Shown: positions 1 through 9,147 of the stretch, piece after piece
Layout of the letters: every line of letters begins with the position of its first letter
How positions within the stretch are numbered: the stretch's first letter is position 1
Origin: a virus
Lineage: Duplodnaviria; Caudoviricetes
DNA length: 55,272 bases
Reading direction: 5' to 3' (one strand)
Virus record (IMG/VR): IMGVR_UViG_3300031355_000070
Coordinates: 1 to 55,272 of that record
Notes under the pieces: generated by a model
Database searches by the model: none
What the model saw: only the letters and a program-made list of their open reading frames with translations
Told to the model about the DNA's origin: nothing
Position numbers and translations under genes: made by a program

Positions 1-1
1 A

Positions 2-811
2 TCCTTCGGCAATTTCGCAGGGAGCATATTAACGACTGGTTCTGATTTGAACGATGCTTTATCAGGATTATGGGGCGATATCAAGAGCTCATTTATCGGA
101 ATGATAGTCGATATGGTCGCAGATTGGGTAACGAAGTTTCTTAAAAAACTGGTATCTGAAACGGCGGCGAATTGTGGGGCGATTACAGCCGCATCGGCTG
201 TTTGTGGCACTAATGCAGGAACGGCAATGGGCAGCGCAGCAACGACTGCCGCAGGAGCAGGAGGAGAAACAGCAGGAGCAGCCCTTACAGCATCATTTGC
301 TACTGCTTTGGCTGTGGAAGCTGTGGTATTCACTGCCTTTCTTGGAGCTGTAAGTCTACTCGATAAGCTTTTCCCTAAGCATGTCAAAACAATGGCAGAA
401 TTGGCAGCCATAGAAGCGAAAAAGGCTTTCGATAAGGCAGCAAAGGAATATGCTCTTCCAGGAGAATGGGGCAAAGGTGGCATAGTAGCAGAGCCAGAAG
501 CAGAACCAGGAAGTGGCTATCAGTTTGGTGGTCTTGTTCCGAAAACAGGACTTGCTATGCTTCATCAGGGAGAGTTTGTAATACCGAAAATATCTGTGCC
601 ATCAATTAATATCCCAGAAATGAGAGCTCCAGGCGTTACTAGAAATACCAATGTAGAGATAAACCTTCAACCAGTATTCCAGTTCAATAATCAAGTCGAT
701 CCTAACTTCACTAGAAAGCATGTTCAGAAAGAAGTGCTTCCAGCTTTGATGACACTCTTGGAGACTGGATCGAGAAAGACAAAGCTGAAAGAAATCATGG
801 GGGTAGCATAA
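2..811 (+). CDS. Tape measure protein C-terminal fragment, allele A (5' truncated by contig start)
   Basis: Shares NDALSGLWGDIKSSFIGMIVDMVADW and the C-terminus ...ETGSRKTKLKEIMGVA with 52058..54343. Confidence 0.85.
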   Translation, partial: SFGNFAGSILTTGSDLNDALSGLWGDIKSSFIGMIVDMVADWVTKFLKKLVSETAANCGAITAASAVCGTNAGTAMGSAATTAAGAGGETAGAALTASFATALAVEAVVFTAFLGAVSLLDKLFPKHVKTMAELAAIEAKKAFDKAAKEYALPGEWGKGGIVAEPEAEPGSGYQFGGLVPKTGLAMLHQGEFVIPKISVPSINIPEMRAPGVTRNTNVEINLQPVFQFNNQVDPNFTRKHVQKEVLPALMTLLETGSRKTKLKEIMGVA

Positions 812-812
812 A

Positions 813-1721
813 ATGTCTATAGCATATGTGATTGAAAACTATATCGATATGGATACTCTTGATTCTGTGAGCTCTCATGTCAGCCCATTCTATGAAATGT
901 ATAATATCTATAATACTAGGCCGTCCCTGCCTTTAAGATTCGAGGGAAAAGGCTCTGCAGGCGATCCAGAATGGATTTGTATAGACATGGGGACGGGAAG
1001 CGGGTCAACCCAGCATGTCACATTCGTTGGAGTATTCAATCATAATCTGACTGCCAGTCCAGAAAGATTTGCCTTGAAAGGCTGTGCCGATGGCTGCGAA
1101 TCTTTAGGCTCTGGCGGCTGTGATTGGGAGGCCGCTCCTGCATGGACTATCGATTTACGTGACAGGATTTTGTCTGACGGAATTTGCTCTGATAAGTATG
1201 AGAACATATTCGAGAATTCCTGCAAGAAAATAGATAAGACTTCGCAATATTATAGGCTTGAATTCATTGACACTGCGAATCCTGATGAATATGTCGAGGC
1301 AGGGGAAGTTGTCTTGAGCGAGTGGTGCAAGTTCGGGGATAACGTCCATTTGCAACCAGGGCGTGCAGATGGCCCAATGTTCTTTACGGGCAATCAGAAG
1401 ACCTATTATGGGCAGGACTGGGCTGCCTATTATTCCTATGCGGAACATTTCACGTTAACTTTTAAGAATATAAATGACGTCAATAATCGTGATGAGCTTC
1501 AATTATTCCTTATCCGAGTCCAGCAGAATGGCGGAAAATTCATCATCATTCCCGATGACGCAAGCGACTGCTATCAGGCTGGATATAAGGCAAGATGCTA
1601 TTATGTGATAATCGAGAACCAGTCGGACTATGCACAGCGATTAGTGCACGGCTGGACTAAGGAGCTTCGGGAATGGACTCTGGAGCTCAAGACTTTGACT
1701 TCGGGGATAAAACTTTTGTGA
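813..1721 (+). CDS. Distal tail / tail-tip protein, allele A (Cys-rich)
   Basis: Immediately follows the tape measure gene; beta-rich with NHNL and YYRLEF motifs; 292/302 aa identical to 54345..55253. Confidence 0.65.
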   Translation: MSIAYVIENYIDMDTLDSVSSHVSPFYEMYNIYNTRPSLPLRFEGKGSAGDPEWICIDMGTGSGSTQHVTFVGVFNHNLTASPERFALKGCADGCESLGSGGCDWEAAPAWTIDLRDRILSDGICSDKYENIFENSCKKIDKTSQYYRLEFIDTANPDEYVEAGEVVLSEWCKFGDNVHLQPGRADGPMFFTGNQKTYYGQDWAAYYSYAEHFTLTFKNINDVNNRDELQLFLIRVQQNGGKFIIIPDDASDCYQAGYKARCYYVIIENQSDYAQRLVHGWTKELREWTLELKTLTSGIKLL

Positions 1722-1728
1722 GGACAGA

Positions 1729-3168
1729 ATGGCAGGCGTAGGGGAAAGCTGGGAAGACCTCGGTTATTTCGATGCAGTTGCCGATCAGGGCAGCATCCAA
1801 TGTCTAATCGATTTGGGTGGTGGGAAAGTCCTGATGGGTATATATGGCGGATTTGGACCCGGCGCAAAAAGCCTCATATATCACTCAACAGATTACGGAG
1901 AAAACTGGACGGATTTGGGACGACCAATTAACGAAAGCTACTTATATTGTTTTGCTCACCTTGGCTGGGGAATAATTGTTGCAGGAACTGGAACACCTGA
2001 TGGTAAAATTATTCGTTCAATAGATTATGGACTAACCTGGACAGACGAAGGCCAATTAGCCGCAGAAAACGGCGTCACATCAATCGTTTCTATTGGTGGT
2101 GGGGCAGGATTAGCAGGAACAAATCCTAATAGAAATATTTATCGTACAATTGATTATGGCGAAAATTGGTCTGGCGTTTGCCAGTTGGGCGGAGCTGGAG
2201 GCAAAGTTGGGGCTATGATAAACATAGGCAATGATATAATAATAGCAGGAACAAACCCTGACAGCGAAATATTCCGTTCCACAGATAACGGTGCTACTTG
2301 GTCGCTTGTAGGGGTTGGGGGTTTCACTGAAATATTATGTCTTGCTTATTTGGGCAATGGAATAGTGTTAGCCGGAACAAATGCCAACCCAGGGGAGGTC
2401 CTGCGCTCCACAGATTATGGAGCTACTTGGGCAGTAGCGACAACCTTTCCAACGATTAGCTGTCAATCTCTAACAAACCTTGAGAACGGAATAGCTGTTG
2501 CGGGAACAGCCGGACCTGCGAATGGAAACATATGGCGTACAGCAGATTATGGATTGACCTGGACAGATTTAGGTAGGCAATATAATGCAAACACTATAAA
2601 CGCACTCATAAAACTTGATGATGGCAGAGGCATGGCTGGAACTGGGCCAGCGGCTACATATTCTAAAGTATTGCGTTCTTTAGCCCCCACTGCCAATGGC
2701 GATGCAGGTGGCGATATCGCTTTTTCAACCGCTAAGAATAAGAAGCCTATTATTCTGACTCACTGGGTATGGAAGGCGAAGGACGGGACTACGGTTGATA
2801 AATACTATTCTCCGATTGACACACGTTGCCGTTCATTATCGACTTTCTACGACGGCCGCATATTGTCCTGCTCTCTCGTGACCCGTGCGATAGATGACAG
2901 GACTGGACTGTATTCAGTTTCGGACATGACGATTGAGCTTGCCAACCATGACAAGGAATTCTCAAAGATGCTGGCAAGATACTTTCTCAAGAATCAGTTA
3001 GTCGAAATATTCCATGCTTGGTGCGATGAGCCTGAGGCCTGGAAACGCTCTGTCTTTCAGGGCGTAGTGGTGGATTATTCGCTCAAAGGCACATCATTCT
3101 TTGTGACAATTCGGGATGTAACACAGAAGTATTTCAAGATGAAAGTGCCTCCAGAGGTTTGCACATGA
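1729..3168 (+). CDS. Asp-box (BNR) beta-propeller fused to the N-terminal part of a tail hub/baseplate protein
   Basis: Six S/T-x-D-x-G-x-x-W repeats (HSTDYGENW, RSIDYGLTW, RTIDYGENW, RSTDNGATW, RSTDYGATW, RTADYGLTW); last ~150 aa resemble a tail-tip domain (YDGRIL...MTIELAN...FQGVV). Confidence 0.7.
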   Translation: MAGVGESWEDLGYFDAVADQGSIQCLIDLGGGKVLMGIYGGFGPGAKSLIYHSTDYGENWTDLGRPINESYLYCFAHLGWGIIVAGTGTPDGKIIRSIDYGLTWTDEGQLAAENGVTSIVSIGGGAGLAGTNPNRNIYRTIDYGENWSGVCQLGGAGGKVGAMINIGNDIIIAGTNPDSEIFRSTDNGATWSLVGVGGFTEILCLAYLGNGIVLAGTNANPGEVLRSTDYGATWAVATTFPTISCQSLTNLENGIAVAGTAGPANGNIWRTADYGLTWTDLGRQYNANTINALIKLDDGRGMAGTGPAATYSKVLRSLAPTANGDAGGDIAFSTAKNKKPIILTHWVWKAKDGTTVDKYYSPIDTRCRSLSTFYDGRILSCSLVTRAIDDRTGLYSVSDMTIELANHDKEFSKMLARYFLKNQLVEIFHAWCDEPEAWKRSVFQGVVVDYSLKGTSFFVTIRDVTQKYFKMKVPPEVCT

Positions 3169-3743
3169 ACATAGGCGATGAGATAAGAGGAATAAAACTC
3201 CAGATAGCCGATATAAATAGGCGGTTGAACTCAATCAGAGCCAGGGTTTTAAGGCATCTCATACTCGATCCGAAACGGTTTAAAATGCCCGCTGCCAATT
3301 TTCCTAATGAAAGCTTTGAGGGACTTTATTATACCTTGGATTTTGATAAAGGCACTGAAGAATCTGCATACTGCCAGGAACATGTGCCATTTAGATGGGA
3401 CGTGGCCACTGACATAGAAATAACGGTTTCCTGGCTGCATGACAGCGTCGATGCCGGTGCGGTTGTTTGGGGAATAGAATATAAGGCGATAAAAGCTGGT
3501 GAGGCTGTTGCTGGAGCAGGGACTACGATAACGCAGGCCAGCGCCGGAGGACATGCGGCTAGTGTTGAAGTAAGAACTGCATTCACAGCAAAAATACTGC
3601 ATGCTAATCTTGAGCAGGACGATGATTTGGCTATAAGATTTTTCAGAAAGGCGGCCGATGCAGGCGATACATTGGATGAGGACGCTAGAGCAATTAATAT
3701 ACATATAACATTTACTCAGTATCTCAGAGGGAAGGCTTTGTAA
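3165..3743 (+). CDS. Minor virion protein: N-terminal coiled coil + beta-sandwich
   Basis: ATGA overlap with the upstream stop; DEIRGIKLQIADINRRLN coiled coil followed by a beta-rich domain. Confidence 0.55.
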   Translation: MNIGDEIRGIKLQIADINRRLNSIRARVLRHLILDPKRFKMPAANFPNESFEGLYYTLDFDKGTEESAYCQEHVPFRWDVATDIEITVSWLHDSVDAGAVVWGIEYKAIKAGEAVAGAGTTITQASAGGHAASVEVRTAFTAKILHANLEQDDDLAIRFFRKAADAGDTLDEDARAINIHITFTQYLRGKAL

Positions 3744-3744
3744 A

Positions 3745-5019
3745 ATGGCTGTATACCCGAATATTTATCCCGAACATGTCGGTAGAAAAATGCCTGAAAT
3801 CATAGGTAAGGCTATTTTGACAACTGGAGAATGTGAAGATATCGCAAGAGGAGCGGTCGAGGCTGTATATGTGGACACTTCAGGAGCACCTTTTTCATAT
3901 CTTGCGGCACGCGGAACTCTTCATGGCATATCACAAGTATTTTCAGATGGCGTATTGATAGCTCCAGCCAATTATACGATTGCACAACGGGATGGCGGGC
4001 GGACTTATATCGATTTTGTAGCCGATCAGGGCGATAGAAGGATCGCATTCAATGCCACCGGATATATGTTCGGTCCCTGGAATTCCGGGGCTGGCTACGT
4101 CCAGAATCCGGCATACGTAATATTATTTTATCTCGCATTCATAATTGGCGTGCCAAATGCCGATATCGATGTTGCATCCTTCAATACACTTGCGGTGCTT
4201 TACGATGCTTTGGGAGCGGGTACGTCCGGCAAGCTGATAATTCAGGATACTCAAGAAGCGGAGGCGGTACTCCAGGAGCTACTGTTCTCATACGGGGCTA
4301 AGCTCTGGACTGCGAATGACGGCCGGTTGAAGATAGAGATGAAAAGCATAGCGGCCTTCGCAACGAATATTGTTATATTCAGCCAGATAGACGTGCTTGA
4401 GGCGGCCGAACGAAGATACAATCTTGCCATAGCAATCAATAGCATAAAGAGTCAATATGATTTTATACCGACTGCTAGCTTTTATAAGGGAGCGTTTGAG
4501 GATGATCTTGGCTCAAGCATAGCCGATTACGAAGCCGAAATGGAATCCCAGACGCCGTATTATTTGCCCTGGACTGATTCGGCTGTGCTTATAGCAAAAC
4601 GGCTGACTGATGATTTGCTGAAGATGGGGCATGGCGATAAGGTTATAGCGTTTCCGGTCCCCATTAAATGGATTGATACGCTGGACATATATACGAACTT
4701 CCGATTTCAGGACCCGTATGGTTTGAGCTGGGCTAAGGCAGGCGATAAGGGCTATCGCATATATTACATCATAAGCCTTGAGGCTGACTATCAGAACCAG
4801 ATAATAAACATCGAGGCTGTGGACTTGCAGTGGCTTCTGAGGCAGTACATGATAATTGCAGACTGCGATGATTTAAGCTCGCTGGAATGGGACAGCGCAA
4901 GCGAAGAGGACAGGATGTATGCCTATATTTGCGATTGCACAGGTGAATCTGGCGCTGATGAGTATGAGTTCCCGGATGGCGAACCCTGCAAGATAATCAT
5001 AGATTGTGATGACATATAA
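3745..5019 (+). CDS. Tail hub/baseplate protein, C-terminal part
   Basis: Begins YPNIYPEHVGRKMPEIIG; contains a QNPAY motif typical of tail-tip hub proteins; acidic Cys-rich C-terminus. Confidence 0.65.
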   Translation: MAVYPNIYPEHVGRKMPEIIGKAILTTGECEDIARGAVEAVYVDTSGAPFSYLAARGTLHGISQVFSDGVLIAPANYTIAQRDGGRTYIDFVADQGDRRIAFNATGYMFGPWNSGAGYVQNPAYVILFYLAFIIGVPNADIDVASFNTLAVLYDALGAGTSGKLIIQDTQEAEAVLQELLFSYGAKLWTANDGRLKIEMKSIAAFATNIVIFSQIDVLEAAERRYNLAIAINSIKSQYDFIPTASFYKGAFEDDLGSSIADYEAEMESQTPYYLPWTDSAVLIAKRLTDDLLKMGHGDKVIAFPVPIKWIDTLDIYTNFRFQDPYGLSWAKAGDKGYRIYYIISLEADYQNQIINIEAVDLQWLLRQYMIIADCDDLSSLEWDSASEEDRMYAYICDCTGESGADEYEFPDGEPCKIIIDCDDI

Positions 5020-5031
5020 GGAGAGATTAAA

Positions 5032-6648
5032 ATGGCAGACTTAATAACTGGCGCCGACTCCGTTGGCGGAGAGGCTTTCTGCGATGACATATACAATAGC
5101 CTGAAGAATCATTGGCGGGCTGACTATGGAGGCGACCCATGTGGAGAGCTTTCTGGTATTCAGCCTGGAATGATTGTCAATGACAGTTATGACAACAGGC
5201 TTTACCTGGCTCTACTTGAGAGCGGATGTGCCTGCTCAGAAATACTTCAGTCATGTGTGCCTCTATCCGATGATGAGGTTATCGGATTCGGTGATGACTG
5301 GGATGTTACGATTGGCTTTGATTCAGCTAACAATAGACTAGAGATTACTGGAAATATTTATATTGAGACCTTAGGAGATTTCTCGACTCATTGGAGGGAT
5401 GATTACGGAGGCGATCCTTGCATAGGTTCTGGAGCGCCTCCAAATATTACGGCTGGAATGATTATTAACGATAGCTATGATGATAGGCTTTATTTAGCGA
5501 TTCTCGACAGTGATTGTTCTTGCTCAGAGATACTTCAGGATTGTGTGCCACTTTCTGACGATAAGACAATCGACTTCGGGAACGATGCTGATAGCTCTAT
5601 CGGATACGAGACGACAAATGACGCATTGATTTTCGGCATTCCAGTCAGTACTGGAGCTTCTGGTGATAATAAGCGAGGGCTTATCTTCTGCGATGAGGCT
5701 GATATCGATGTGGACTTTACGGGGCTTTTAGGCTCATCGCTACAGCCTAGGGTTGCTCTGGTGGACTTGGATACTGACAGCTATCTGGGCTTTAGCTTCG
5801 CTTCTGATGACACTCCTGAGATTAGGATGCAGAGTCAGGCATATTATAACCTCATTCAGACCTCACAGGCTGAAGGGCTCGCTGGCGCTGATTTAAGGAT
5901 TGGGCTTGATCCGTCGCTTTATACGCTGAACATTCTACCCAGAGCTTTAATCGGCAATGATTTAGCATTGACACCAGCGGTTGACCCGACATTGCGAATA
6001 TGGGCTAATGATGCTTCGGATAGCCTGTTCATGTATCACGATGGCGCAAACGCATATTTCCAGACTGATGATGGTAATTTTGTATTCCAGACAGATGAGG
6101 GGGTTAATACAAATACTATTCTTGGAATTCAAGGTAAGGGAACTGGTTTTGGTAATTTACGAGTATATGACCAAGATCAAGCTGAATATGTGAGTTTCTA
6201 TGCGAATGCTGGGTCGGGTCATTTAACAATGGGAGGAGTTGCTCCTGGTAATTTACATCTTCAATACAATGTTGCACAGAATATTAGATTTTGGTGGGGG
6301 CTTGCTGCTGGTAATCCCTACTTTTATATCTACGGTTGGATAACTGCGGGAGCTGCTGTTCGTTATGCTAGAATGAGAATGGAAGACACAAATGACGAAT
6401 TCACAATTGAGGCTGAAGACAATGCGAACCATGAGGGAATAACGGTATTAATTCCACAGGCTGACCAGAAATTCAGAGTGAGAGGAGCGGCTAGTGCATT
6501 GAGGTTCTATGTGAAATCGGATGGGGAGTTAGGCACAAACCAGACGGCGTCGGCAACGACTCTGGGCAATGTGACTGACAGGTTGCCCATATATGATGAA
6601 AACCAGGCGCTTGTCGGCTACGTTCCGCTATACGATGCGATAACATAA
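5032..6648 (+). CDS. Tail fibre / receptor-binding protein with a duplicated N-terminal module
   Basis: Last large tail gene; GGAG RBS; two copies of HWRxDYGGDPC...GMIxNDSYDxRLYLA...CxCSEILQxCVPLSDD; beta-rich C-terminus ending GYVPLYDAIT. Confidence 0.7.
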   Translation: MADLITGADSVGGEAFCDDIYNSLKNHWRADYGGDPCGELSGIQPGMIVNDSYDNRLYLALLESGCACSEILQSCVPLSDDEVIGFGDDWDVTIGFDSANNRLEITGNIYIETLGDFSTHWRDDYGGDPCIGSGAPPNITAGMIINDSYDDRLYLAILDSDCSCSEILQDCVPLSDDKTIDFGNDADSSIGYETTNDALIFGIPVSTGASGDNKRGLIFCDEADIDVDFTGLLGSSLQPRVALVDLDTDSYLGFSFASDDTPEIRMQSQAYYNLIQTSQAEGLAGADLRIGLDPSLYTLNILPRALIGNDLALTPAVDPTLRIWANDASDSLFMYHDGANAYFQTDDGNFVFQTDEGVNTNTILGIQGKGTGFGNLRVYDQDQAEYVSFYANAGSGHLTMGGVAPGNLHLQYNVAQNIRFWWGLAAGNPYFYIYGWITAGAAVRYARMRMEDTNDEFTIEAEDNANHEGITVLIPQADQKFRVRGAASALRFYVKSDGELGTNQTASATTLGNVTDRLPIYDENQALVGYVPLYDAIT

Positions 6649-6658
6649 GGAGAATAAT

Positions 6659-6919
6659 ATGGCAAATTTACAATCTTGGGAAGATTTTGGAAGGGTCATT
6701 GGAAGCGTCAATCGGCTTGCAAGCGACATTAAAGAGATTGCTAGGGATATAGAAAGATTGGAAGAGCTGAAGGCTGAAATCATAGATGACACAGAGCGGA
6801 AAGCCGAATTGATTAAGATATTCGCTGTCCATCCAGACTATTCAGTCACATGGTTTACGACAAGATTCAACAAGCTCAAGGCGCTAAAGGCATATCTTGA
6901 GGATAATGGATATTTATGA
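6659..6919 (+). CDS. Small coiled-coil protein (possible fibre-associated chaperone)
   Basis: AGGAG RBS; position after the fibre gene. Confidence 0.5.
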   Translation: MANLQSWEDFGRVIGSVNRLASDIKEIARDIERLEELKAEIIDDTERKAELIKIFAVHPDYSVTWFTTRFNKLKALKAYLEDNGYL

Positions 6920-6944
6920 TAGCATATAAATAAAAGGAGAAACT

Positions 6945-7337
6945 ATGATAATAAAGTTAAATCATGTTTTTAAAACTTTCGACGGGGAAGCTCTGTTTGA
7001 GAACGTTCGGACTGGCAAGAAGGACGAGAAGGGCAATCCAGTTACAGAGCGTGTAGAGCTTACCATGAAGCGGCTTTGCCAGAATTTCCTGCTGATAGAG
7101 AAGAGAGATACGACTGGAAGAGACAAACCTTTATCATCAGAAGAGAAGTTCAATAGGCATAATCTTGCTCTTGAAATTCATAATGCGGATGATGAGATAG
7201 ATTTGTCAGTGGATGACGTTAAGCTGTTGAAGGACTTGGTTGGGGAGCTGGGCACTCCGCTTGTAGTCGGACAAGCTTGGCCAATCCTAGACCCGCCTGC
7301 GAAAGAGGTAAAGAAAACCTTTCCGAAGAAGCGATAG
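6945..7337 (+). CDS. Hypothetical phage protein at the end of the tail module
   Basis: AGGAG RBS; EEKFNRHNLALEI...LSVDDVKLLKDLVG pattern. Confidence 0.55.
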   Translation: MIIKLNHVFKTFDGEALFENVRTGKKDEKGNPVTERVELTMKRLCQNFLLIEKRDTTGRDKPLSSEEKFNRHNLALEIHNADDEIDLSVDDVKLLKDLVGELGTPLVVGQAWPILDPPAKEVKKTFPKKR

Positions 7338-7451
7338 CCTTCATTTTCACCAAGATAATCCAAAATAATTATATTCTAGTGCCTTCCACGAACTAGGCTA
7401 CAACATCTGGTAGTCTGAAAAAACTAATTTCCATAAAACTAATAATAATGC

Positions 7452-7479
7452 TTGACAAAGGGTTACAAAGGTCTATAAT
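7452..7479 (+). promoter_or_regulatory. Sigma70-type promoter (early region)
   Basis: TTGACA-N16-TATAAT preceded by an AT-rich region. Confidence 0.75.
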
Positions 7480-7489
7480 TATATATGAG

Positions 7490-7735
7490 ATGAGAAACAA
7501 GACAGAGAAAACAGAGCCGAAAATCCTGGAAAACAAGACGCGCCAAGCGATGAGTCAAGTAGCCGAGAAACTTTTAGCATCATGCGGAGTAGGATATTTA
7601 GAGGCCGAGATTGGTGAAACAAGGCAACATACGCGGGCAAGCGAAAAACCGTATTCGATTCAATATCGAAGAGTAGCGGATGACGAGCTTGAAACAAGCG
7701 GATCTGGGCAGACACTCCATCTTGTTTCTCTATAA
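7490..7735 (+). CDS. Hypothetical protein
   Basis: First ORF after the promoter; start chosen downstream of the -10 box. Confidence 0.35.
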   Translation: MRNKTEKTEPKILENKTRQAMSQVAEKLLASCGVGYLEAEIGETRQHTRASEKPYSIQYRRVADDELETSGSGQTLHLVSL

Positions 7736-8183
7736 TAAGATGAAAAAGAAAGCATTAAAGAAGTTCAGTATCAGCCATATCCCAGGCTGGGAAACGGAAG
7801 TCAGGATTTCCGATTACGCACTGAAGATTATCATAGACTCGAATCATCAGCATCCGAAGATGGCTCTAGCACATGAATTCGGACACGTCTTCACTGTCAG
7901 AAATATTTCCAACACGGTATATAAAGCACTTGCGACACAGGACTTGCTGTCCATATGGTTCATCAAGCGAAAGGAAAAGGTTAATGCCATAAGGAATGAG
8001 ATGCTGGCATGGCGGTTTGCGAAGGCGATCTGCAAGCCGAAATATTGGAAGGAAGAGGAAGCGGTGAATAGCATCGCGACATACTGCAAGAACCTGATGA
8101 TTAATATGGATGAGAAACGGTTGAAGATTGTTCCGCTGGTCAGGGATTTCATGTCGATGAAGAGGCTATATAGGGGTAATTAA
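7680..8183 (+). CDS. HEXXH zinc-metallopeptidase-like protein (ImmA/IrrE-like)
   Basis: ALAHEFGH motif plus downstream NEMLAWRFA. Confidence 0.55.
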   Translation: MTSLKQADLGRHSILFLYNKMKKKALKKFSISHIPGWETEVRISDYALKIIIDSNHQHPKMALAHEFGHVFTVRNISNTVYKALATQDLLSIWFIKRKEKVNAIRNEMLAWRFAKAICKPKYWKEEEAVNSIATYCKNLMINMDEKRLKIVPLVRDFMSMKRLYRGN

Positions 8184-8184
8184 A

Positions 8185-8367
8185 ATGTCATTTAAAATCG
8201 TAGGTGCTCATAATGGCTGGCTCATCAGGACTGGGGATGGCAGAGACATATGCTTTTTTGCCGAAGAGAACGGCCCTCAGGAAGGCTTGGTAAAGGCTTT
8301 GCATTATGTGAATTGCAGAATCAATAACAGTAAGCAACAATTTGAGAGATTGCAAAGGCTGAATTGA
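8185..8367 (+). CDS. Hypothetical protein
   Basis: ORF abutting the upstream stop. Confidence 0.45.
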   Translation: MSFKIVGAHNGWLIRTGDGRDICFFAEENGPQEGLVKALHYVNCRINNSKQQFERLQRLN

Positions 8368-8368
8368 A

Positions 8369-8440
8369 ATATGGGGAGGGATAGTGTTAGCAAAAGAGTG
8401 CTTAAAAATGTTATGAGCAGTTTGCCTATCCCTTCTATAT
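8369..8440 (+). other. Long intergenic RNA hairpin
   Basis: ATATGGGGAGGGATAG pairs with CTATCCCTTCTATAT (G-U pairs, one bulge); inner GCAAA/TTTGC and TGCTTA/TGAGCA stems. Confidence 0.65.
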
Positions 8441-8451
8441 AAGGAGTAACA

Positions 8452-8586
8452 ATGAATAAACCAAAACAAGCATTAATAATCGGGCTAGACGATAAGCAGA
8501 AGAAATTACTCAGAATTCTGCTTAAGCATCAGAAAGCTATCTGTGACATGAGAGAGTCCGATCGCAGGAAGGAGTATCAGAGATGA
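8452..8586 (+). CDS. Small hypothetical protein (44 aa)
   Basis: AAGGAG RBS; stop overlaps the next ATG; below the ORF-track cutoff. Confidence 0.5.
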   Translation: MNKPKQALIIGLDDKQKKLLRILLKHQKAICDMRESDRRKEYQR

Positions 8587-8690
8587 CGTGGCAAATCATA
8601 GCTCTTCTGGGAATGCTGGTGATAGCTGGGATATTCCTTTTCTTGGCTTATTGCTTGGCCTGCAATGATATTGATGAGGAGGACAAATGA
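8583..8690 (+). CDS. Small membrane peptide (35 aa)
   Basis: MTWQIIALLGMLVIAGIFLFLAYCLAC; ATGA overlaps on both sides. Confidence 0.5.
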   Translation: MTWQIIALLGMLVIAGIFLFLAYCLACNDIDEEDK

Positions 8691-8983
8691 AAAATGAAAT
8701 AGATTATTCCTTGATTCCTGAGCACATGAGAGATGGGATAAGGTTATATTTAGAACATGGATTAATGCCCGGAAGTTTTCTGAGATTTGTTTTAGAAAAT
8801 AATTTAGTTGAAGCAGTTACTCATGCTGATCGAATTAACAGAACTCATCTCGTAGAATGGGCTAAATTCCTCTATAATGAAATGCCTTTAGATAGTTGGG
8901 GATCAAAAGAAATAGTTGAGGCTTGGTCAAAAAAAGGAGGAAGTAATAAATTCGAGAATTCCGAATGCCTGGAGGAAAAATGA
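8687..8983 (+). CDS. Hypothetical phage protein
   Basis: GGAGG RBS; YLEHGLMPGSFLRFVLENNL...WGS pattern. Confidence 0.6.
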   Translation: MKNEIDYSLIPEHMRDGIRLYLEHGLMPGSFLRFVLENNLVEAVTHADRINRTHLVEWAKFLYNEMPLDSWGSKEIVEAWSKKGGSNKFENSECLEEK

Positions 8984-9138
8984 GAGTCTGGAAAAAGCTA
9001 TTATTGGGCTTTATTCTTATGTGCGTATGGCTTATTCTGCCAGTGTTCCCACCCTGCTGCTGGCTTCCGCTTGCTATTCAGAGCCTTATCGTGATTCTGG
9101 GGGCTGGGCTTATAGCACTGATAATTATTAGATTATGA
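8980..9138 (+). CDS. Small two-TM membrane protein (52 aa)
   Basis: GGAGG RBS; MRVWKKLLLGFILMCVWLILP...LIVILGAGLIALIIIRL. Confidence 0.5.
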   Translation: MRVWKKLLLGFILMCVWLILPVFPPCCWLPLAIQSLIVILGAGLIALIIIRL

Positions 9139-9147
9139 GGAGAAATA

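Larger units (their letters stand above)
1..1740 (+). repeat. Direct repeat copy A (tape-measure C-terminus + distal tail gene + start of next gene)
   Basis: 1-127 is identical to 53578-53704; about 611-1740 is highly similar to about 54143-55272; the segment in between is divergent. Confidence 0.95.

Noticed and set aside
1-1740. Diverged repeat pair as a diversity-generating retroelement (TR/VR)
   Set aside because: Differences involve all four bases and are mostly synonymous rather than adenine-specific; no reverse transcriptase is present
3165-3744. Intervening gene as an intron, excisable element or stop-codon readthrough
   Set aside because: No recognisable intron structure, nuclease or flanking direct repeat; reading through the TGA at 3166 hits TAG two codons later
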